Source: Candidatus Thorarchaeota archaeon (GTDB lineage: Archaea > Asgardarchaeota > Thorarchaeia > Thorarchaeales > Thorarchaeaceae). From it: 64,000 nucleotides of DNA. The stretch lies in NCBI GenBank assembly GCA_004524445.1, contig SDNP01000009.1, forward strand, positions 1-64,000, given 5' to 3'. The notes under the pieces were generated by a model. That model saw only the letters and a program-made list of their open reading frames with translations, was not told where the DNA came from and did no database searches. The position numbers and the translations under genes were made by a program. Positions 59,285 through 64,000 of this stretch are shown here, in pieces (the stretch's first letter is position 1; the number at the start of each line of letters is the position of its first letter).

Positions 59285-61213
59285 CTATCTTCTCCTAAGC
59301 AGAATTATCACAACAAGGACAATTACTACGGCGGCAATGCCAATTCCGAGAAAAATCAGCATTGTTGGGTCGAGTACTAGAGCAGTATCAGTGGTGCCTG
59401 TACCAGCTCCCCATGAGATATCAAAATATGCTCTGACTGCAGTATTGCCATTGGCATCCGTTGCAATAATGCTAAACGTGAGATTTCCGCTAGTCACATC
59501 TGGAATCTCCACTGAGTACTCATCGCCCATGGCAGACATATCCAGTTCAACACTAGTTGAGTCTGTGGTATAATTGAGCCTCACGGACTCTATTCCATAT
59601 GGGTCTGTAACCCCTGCAGATATGGTGACGGTGTTTCCTTCACCTGGGTTTTCGGGTGTCCAACTAACATCCTTAATCCGTGGACCAATCTCATCTTCGT
59701 TGCTGATATTCTCGATAGACCTATTTGTTGTCGACCAATCAATGAAATTCTCTAAGAGCTGAATATTGCTAAAGATAGCAGTCTTCCCATAGTCAAAGTT
59801 GCTGAAGAAAGTGGTACCGGCAACAAGTAACCGCAAATCACCAATTTCCTCGACTGCAACCAAGGGGATTTGATTACCATATACTCCATCATCCGTATCA
59901 TCATAGATGACTTCTGGAGCGGGAGCTACCTGATCTGTCTGATATGCACTCTCTTCTCCATAGACAATTGGTAATGTGGGATTTTCATCAATGAAGTAAA
60001 GGGAAGTCGGTGAGAACAATGTTAATGCTGATACACCATATGTCAAATCGTTTGTATCCTGAGGTTCTGGAATATCATAAATGTCATTGTACCAGAGTTG
60101 GTAGGTCCCGAGCATGTAGACATTATCGTCATTTATTCTTATGTCTGAACCAATTGCGTTCAGTATTTGATTTGGTCTTGCGTTGTCAACATATTCAGAG
60201 AAATCTCCTCTGGCAGTCAGAATCATAGACTTATTTCCGGTCGATGCCCAGTTTGAGATGGCAGTCAATTCTGATGAAGTATATTCATCAAGTGCGCAGG
60301 TTGCAATGAACAGGTCCACATCAGAAAGGTCCTCGGTAGTAAATGATGTTGTTTGCTTTCTAAGCTCATAGTGATTGCGTTCGAGTGTCTGTTCAATAGA
60401 TGAAAGCTGATCCTCGCCTTGATAGTCGATGTAGTCATTCGTATGAGCATAGTCGATTAATGCCACATGATCATATGTTATGGTAATATCTGGAGCTGAA
60501 ATGGAATCTGTTATGGTATAGAAAAGAGAGAGAACCCCATCTACGGCCTTGAAGAGGCAGTTCTCCGTTATTTCTTTGACCTCCGGATCATCTAAGGCTC
60601 GCGAATCCTCATCATCATAGTGCGCAACTATTGTATCATAGAATTGATGAGAATACTCTGCATTCTCAATGACAAGGTCAGTCACATTTTCAACAATAGA
60701 TTCGGTTGGGTCATCAATCTCAAGTGAGCCAAGATTCTCATTTATGTCCTTTTCATAGCCGGAGTGCCCTGGCCAATAATCGTCAGTGTGCACCGGAATA
60801 CACGGGTCCGAAAAGTAGTGAGTCAGTACTCCTGCAGCGAAGAAACCATCTTCCCAGTTTCCTGCAGTGAAGTTATCTCTGGTAAATTCAAACCACTCAG
60901 CTGCAGCCCATGGTGCATTGTAATCCCCTGTTTCCGGATAGTAGAGATGATTTTCCCAATCTTGCCATACTTGGTCCGGCGTTGTTGATCCAGTGATGAG
61001 TTCAGGCAAGTAATATTGAAACGCCTCCAACCAGCTGGAGTTCGATATGGCATTGACTGCGGTGTCAACAATGTACATGTGGGTGGTCAATCCCCACGCA
61101 CTGGCTGGCTGAGCACTTGGCAGAGTTATTGTCATTGGCACAAATGATAGCAACAAAACACAGAGAAGGACCTTGGATCTTTTCATATTGGAACAAGGAT
61201 AATATTGCCACAA
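59285..61213 (-). CDS. Secreted Zn-dependent phospholipase C/S1-P1-like domain plus GIFT-like domain, Ig-like domain and TM anchor
   Basis: Signal peptide then WGLTTH; PD, HLY, HYFSD...PVHT, H..YE; IDYAHTN...N.IL..IG..I..NDD...VAGTTFFSN. Confidence 0.82.
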   Translation of the reverse strand: MWQYYPCSNMKRSKVLLCVLLLSFVPMTITLPSAQPASAWGLTTHMYIVDTAVNAISNSSWLEAFQYYLPELITGSTTPDQVWQDWENHLYYPETGDYNAPWAAAEWFEFTRDNFTAGNWEDGFFAAGVLTHYFSDPCIPVHTDDYWPGHSGYEKDINENLGSLEIDDPTESIVENVTDLVIENAEYSHQFYDTIVAHYDDEDSRALDDPEVKEITENCLFKAVDGVLSLFYTITDSISAPDITITYDHVALIDYAHTNDYIDYQGEDQLSSIEQTLERNHYELRKQTTSFTTEDLSDVDLFIATCALDEYTSSELTAISNWASTGNKSMILTARGDFSEYVDNARPNQILNAIGSDIRINDDNVYMLGTYQLWYNDIYDIPEPQDTNDLTYGVSALTLFSPTSLYFIDENPTLPIVYGEESAYQTDQVAPAPEVIYDDTDDGVYGNQIPLVAVEEIGDLRLLVAGTTFFSNFDYGKTAIFSNIQLLENFIDWSTTNRSIENISNEDEIGPRIKDVSWTPENPGEGNTVTISAGVTDPYGIESVRLNYTTDSTSVELDMSAMGDEYSVEIPDVTSGNLTFSIIATDANGNTAVRAYFDISWGAGTGTTDTALVLDPTMLIFLGIGIAAVVIVLVVIILLRRR

Positions 61214-61240
61214 ATAAACTGTACGGAAAAAAATTAGAAT

Positions 61241-61269
61241 GAAGTAGCGGGCAAAAACCCGACTACTTC
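61241..61269 (-). terminator. Intergenic hairpin
   Basis: GAAGTAG-CGGG-N6-CCCG-A-CTACTTC. Confidence 0.6.
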
Positions 61270-61278
61270 GAATTTGAA

Positions 61279-62361
61279 TTATTTCCTTCTCATGACGGCT
61301 ATAATGATGATTACAACCACAACAGCACCAATAGCTCCGATAGCAATTATCAGAGTCATGTCTTGGGCCTGTGCTTGGTTCATGCCAAAGTCAATAGCCT
61401 GTGGGACTATCCTCTCTGACAGCTCAACACCATAGTATTCGGATTCGAACATCGGTCGGTAGTCACCGTAGGGTGATGCTCCAGACACAATGATTACGTT
61501 GTCGCCAGTTTCACCAGCGTTAATCTCGATGGTTGCTGCGACAAATGAACCTGTGTCTCCCTCATCATGTACATAGCCATCAATCAGGTCTGCGTTTACG
61601 ATGGTTGCATCCTCGGAGTAGTAGAGGAATGGATACACATTAGCAATCTCTTCTGTTTCCAGCGCAACGGGGTCAACTCCAACACCAGGGGTATCGGAGT
61701 CACTACCATAAAGGCAGGTTGGTCCGTGCATAAGGACTGCATCAACACCCTCCACAATGGGGGCGACGAATGGGTCATCGCTGGTAACAGTGGCAACGGG
61801 TCGATAGCCAGCTCCAGCATTAGACTCGGGGTCTTCTACTGAGAGTGGTTCTCCGTACACATGTGAACCCAACGGCTCTAGAATGGCTGACATGTTATCA
61901 AAGATGTACTGATTGCCACCATAATCTGAATCATAAGCGATCCAGACGAATTTTCTTCCATCTGCATACCAATCTTCGATCGCAGATATCTCGCTACTTG
62001 TATATCCGTTGCTAGTTCCATACATGGATCCTGCAACAAATCCAACTGCGCCATCCAGCACGCTTGAGTTGATCCCACCCTTGGCCCACACAACAGTGTA
62101 GCCCAAGTCGGTCAGGTTATTGGCCAACCATAAGTCGGTTGTATTGATCAAGTTGCTATTTTCTTGACCATGTGAATAGTCAAAGACTATTGTACCTGTA
62201 CCTGCAGCCTTTACGGGGGCAGGACCAATCAGAAGCGCAGCCATTAGAGCAGTTAAAATGCCTAATGTGAAGGCACGTCTTGCTAAAAGCTTGTTTGTCA
62301 TCTGATCAGATTCCTCCTTCTCAATAACTCTGAGAAGATACTTCCCAGTCGGTATTGCCAT
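61279..62361 (-). CDS. Membrane-anchored GIFT (GldG/IFT52-like) domain surface protein
   Basis: Signal peptide, IVFDYSHGQ, YTSSE..AI..W, IIVSGAS, C-terminal TM plus RRK. Confidence 0.7.
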   Translation of the reverse strand: MAIPTGKYLLRVIEKEESDQMTNKLLARRAFTLGILTALMAALLIGPAPVKAAGTGTIVFDYSHGQENSNLINTTDLWLANNLTDLGYTVVWAKGGINSSVLDGAVGFVAGSMYGTSNGYTSSEISAIEDWYADGRKFVWIAYDSDYGGNQYIFDNMSAILEPLGSHVYGEPLSVEDPESNAGAGYRPVATVTSDDPFVAPIVEGVDAVLMHGPTCLYGSDSDTPGVGVDPVALETEEIANVYPFLYYSEDATIVNADLIDGYVHDEGDTGSFVAATIEINAGETGDNVIIVSGASPYGDYRPMFESEYYGVELSERIVPQAIDFGMNQAQAQDMTLIIAIGAIGAVVVVIIIIAVMRRK

Positions 62362-62602
62362 GATAAAACCTTTTCGCGTGATGTGTTCCTAAAATGGGCA
62401 TAATCGACGAATATGGATTAAAAAATCGTCAAAACGTGCTTGGTTTGCATATTTATTGAGTAAGAAATTTGGGGCACAATTGATTCAGATATTCCCTGTT
62501 TGGTAAACCTTAATTACTGGAAGTTAGTCATCTATTTATTGGATGAATGATTGAAACTGGAGCAAGCTTTTGCTTCAGTTATTATGAGAGAGGATAATAC
62601 GA

Positions 62603-64000
62603 ATGAGCGAATTTGAATCAGGCCGAAATACGAGAACGATTCTTCTTGCAGTTGTTGTAATCGTTGTTGTTGTCGCTGGTGGAATTATTGGCTTCTTATT
62701 CTTAGGAGGTCAGGGACCAACTGACACCACAACAGACACCGAACCTAGTGGTGACCGAATAACCATCCTTACCAGACACGATGTGGCTATTCATAATGTC
62801 TTCGAACCACTATTCTTAGAGAGTGATTTCGCACAGGATAATGGAATTACAGATATTCTGTGGAAGACCCCCTCTGCTGAGTTCTGGGATGATCTAATTG
62901 ATAGGGGAGAGATCGATGTCGCTTGGGGTGGAGGTCCGACCATCTTTGATCAACTGATGAGAGATGAAAGACTGGCCACGCTTGACAGTGAACTCATGCA
63001 GGAAGTAGCAGGCCGTGTACCGGATCAGATTGCGGGCGCGAACATGAAGCGGAATGACACTTCTGGCGACCTCAAATGGATGGCTGCCGCAATCTCTACA
63101 TTTGGCTTTACGGTCAATCATCAATTTTTAGATGAATATGAGCTACCTACACCTAACAAATGGACTGACCTAGCAGATGCAACTTATGGCAGTCTGCTTC
63201 CAACAATACCCACCATTGCAATGGGCAATGCTCCGGATACAACCTCAAACACTAGAATCTATGAGATTATCACGCAAGGTCTCGGTTGGGATACAGGCTG
63301 GCAGACCATGGCACGAATGGCTGGAAGCGCAAATATCTACAGCGGCTCTGTTGAAACACAAGCAGCTTCAGAGAATGGAGACGTAGGTGTTTCCATGTCG
63401 ATTGACTTCTATGGATATCTCACCCAGTACAGAAACCCTGACTGTGAATACATCATTCCAGAAGGTCAAACAATTGTCAATGGAGATCCTATTGCCATTC
63501 CGCATAATGCTCCAAATCATGAGTATGCTGAAGGTTTTCTCGACTTCGTTCTTTCCTGCGAGGGTCAAGCCCTTTGGTTGGACCCATCCATCCGTCGAAT
63601 GCCTATTCTTGAATGTGCATTTTGGGAACCGGCTGCTGAAGATGCACAGGACTTGTATGCAGTATACAATCAGACTGTAGATACTGTGGGCATTGACTTC
63701 AATGATACCTTGTCGTTGCAGATTAACGCAGCATTCACTCGTTACTTTGAAGCTGTATTCACACAAGCGCATACCGAACTAGTAGACACATGGAATCTCT
63801 TGGTGACCTCCTATCTAGACGGTGATATCAGCGAGTCCCAGTTTGAAAGCTTCGCAGCAATGATGGGTACTCCAGTGACTATTGTGGACCCCAATACAAG
63901 TGAAGACGAGAAATTCACTGCAGAGTATGCAGTAGAAATCAACGAACAGATGATCTACGACAGTGATTTCGCTTCTACTATGCAATCACTATGGACCGCT
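62603..64000 (+). CDS. ABC substrate-binding protein, AfuA/Fe3+ family (runs off window end)
   Basis: Not in ORF track; MSEFESGRNTRTILLAVVV TM, ILTRHD, IDVAWGGGPT.FD, GDPIAI. Confidence 0.85.
   Translation, partial: MSEFESGRNTRTILLAVVVIVVVVAGGIIGFLFLGGQGPTDTTTDTEPSGDRITILTRHDVAIHNVFEPLFLESDFAQDNGITDILWKTPSAEFWDDLIDRGEIDVAWGGGPTIFDQLMRDERLATLDSELMQEVAGRVPDQIAGANMKRNDTSGDLKWMAAAISTFGFTVNHQFLDEYELPTPNKWTDLADATYGSLLPTIPTIAMGNAPDTTSNTRIYEIITQGLGWDTGWQTMARMAGSANIYSGSVETQAASENGDVGVSMSIDFYGYLTQYRNPDCEYIIPEGQTIVNGDPIAIPHNAPNHEYAEGFLDFVLSCEGQALWLDPSIRRMPILECAFWEPAAEDAQDLYAVYNQTVDTVGIDFNDTLSLQINAAFTRYFEAVFTQAHTELVDTWNLLVTSYLDGDISESQFESFAAMMGTPVTIVDPNTSEDEKFTAEYAVEINEQMIYDSDFASTMQSLWTA

Noticed and set aside
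1-64000. CRISPR arrays, transposases, integrases, inteins, rRNA
   Set aside because: No spaced direct repeats or relevant motifs noticed by eye; RtcB, IleRS and EF-2 are of normal length

Overview
Core-chromosome window of an Asgard archaeon, most consistent with Thorarchaeia. This assignment is an inference from archaeal CCA enzyme, PoK/PPS CoA pathway, Tes, a BHB-intron tRNA, a stand-alone EF-2 paralog, eukaryote-type SECIS and many eukaryotic-signature proteins. There are about 57 genes: housekeeping (cca, rtcB, ileS, tmk, coaBC, pok/pps/panE, ino1, GGPP synthase, tes, XPF, SSB), four small GTPases (Rab-like, longin-Arf-like with acidic tail, two MglA-like), roadblock, uDENN/longin-wHTH, longin-V4R and PCI proteins, and large surface proteins (CWB2+C25 protease; Zn-phospholipase C+GIFT). 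No mobile element or CRISPR array was seen. Signals the ORF track misses: (1) SelD has an in-frame UGA (Sec) and a eukaryote-like SECIS whose AUGA core contains the gene's own stop codon; (2) the PCI protein probably starts at CTG; (3) tRNA-Gln(CUG) carries a 34-nt intron; (4) four promoter-associated structured non-coding elements (about 32.3, 40.1, 41.1 and 51.4 kb), two with anti-SD-like CCUCC tracts; (5) a tightly coupled operon of two paralogous 3-TM proteins plus a longin-V4R protein that looks like an undescribed membrane signalling module. All domain calls and RNA folds were made by eye, without searches.
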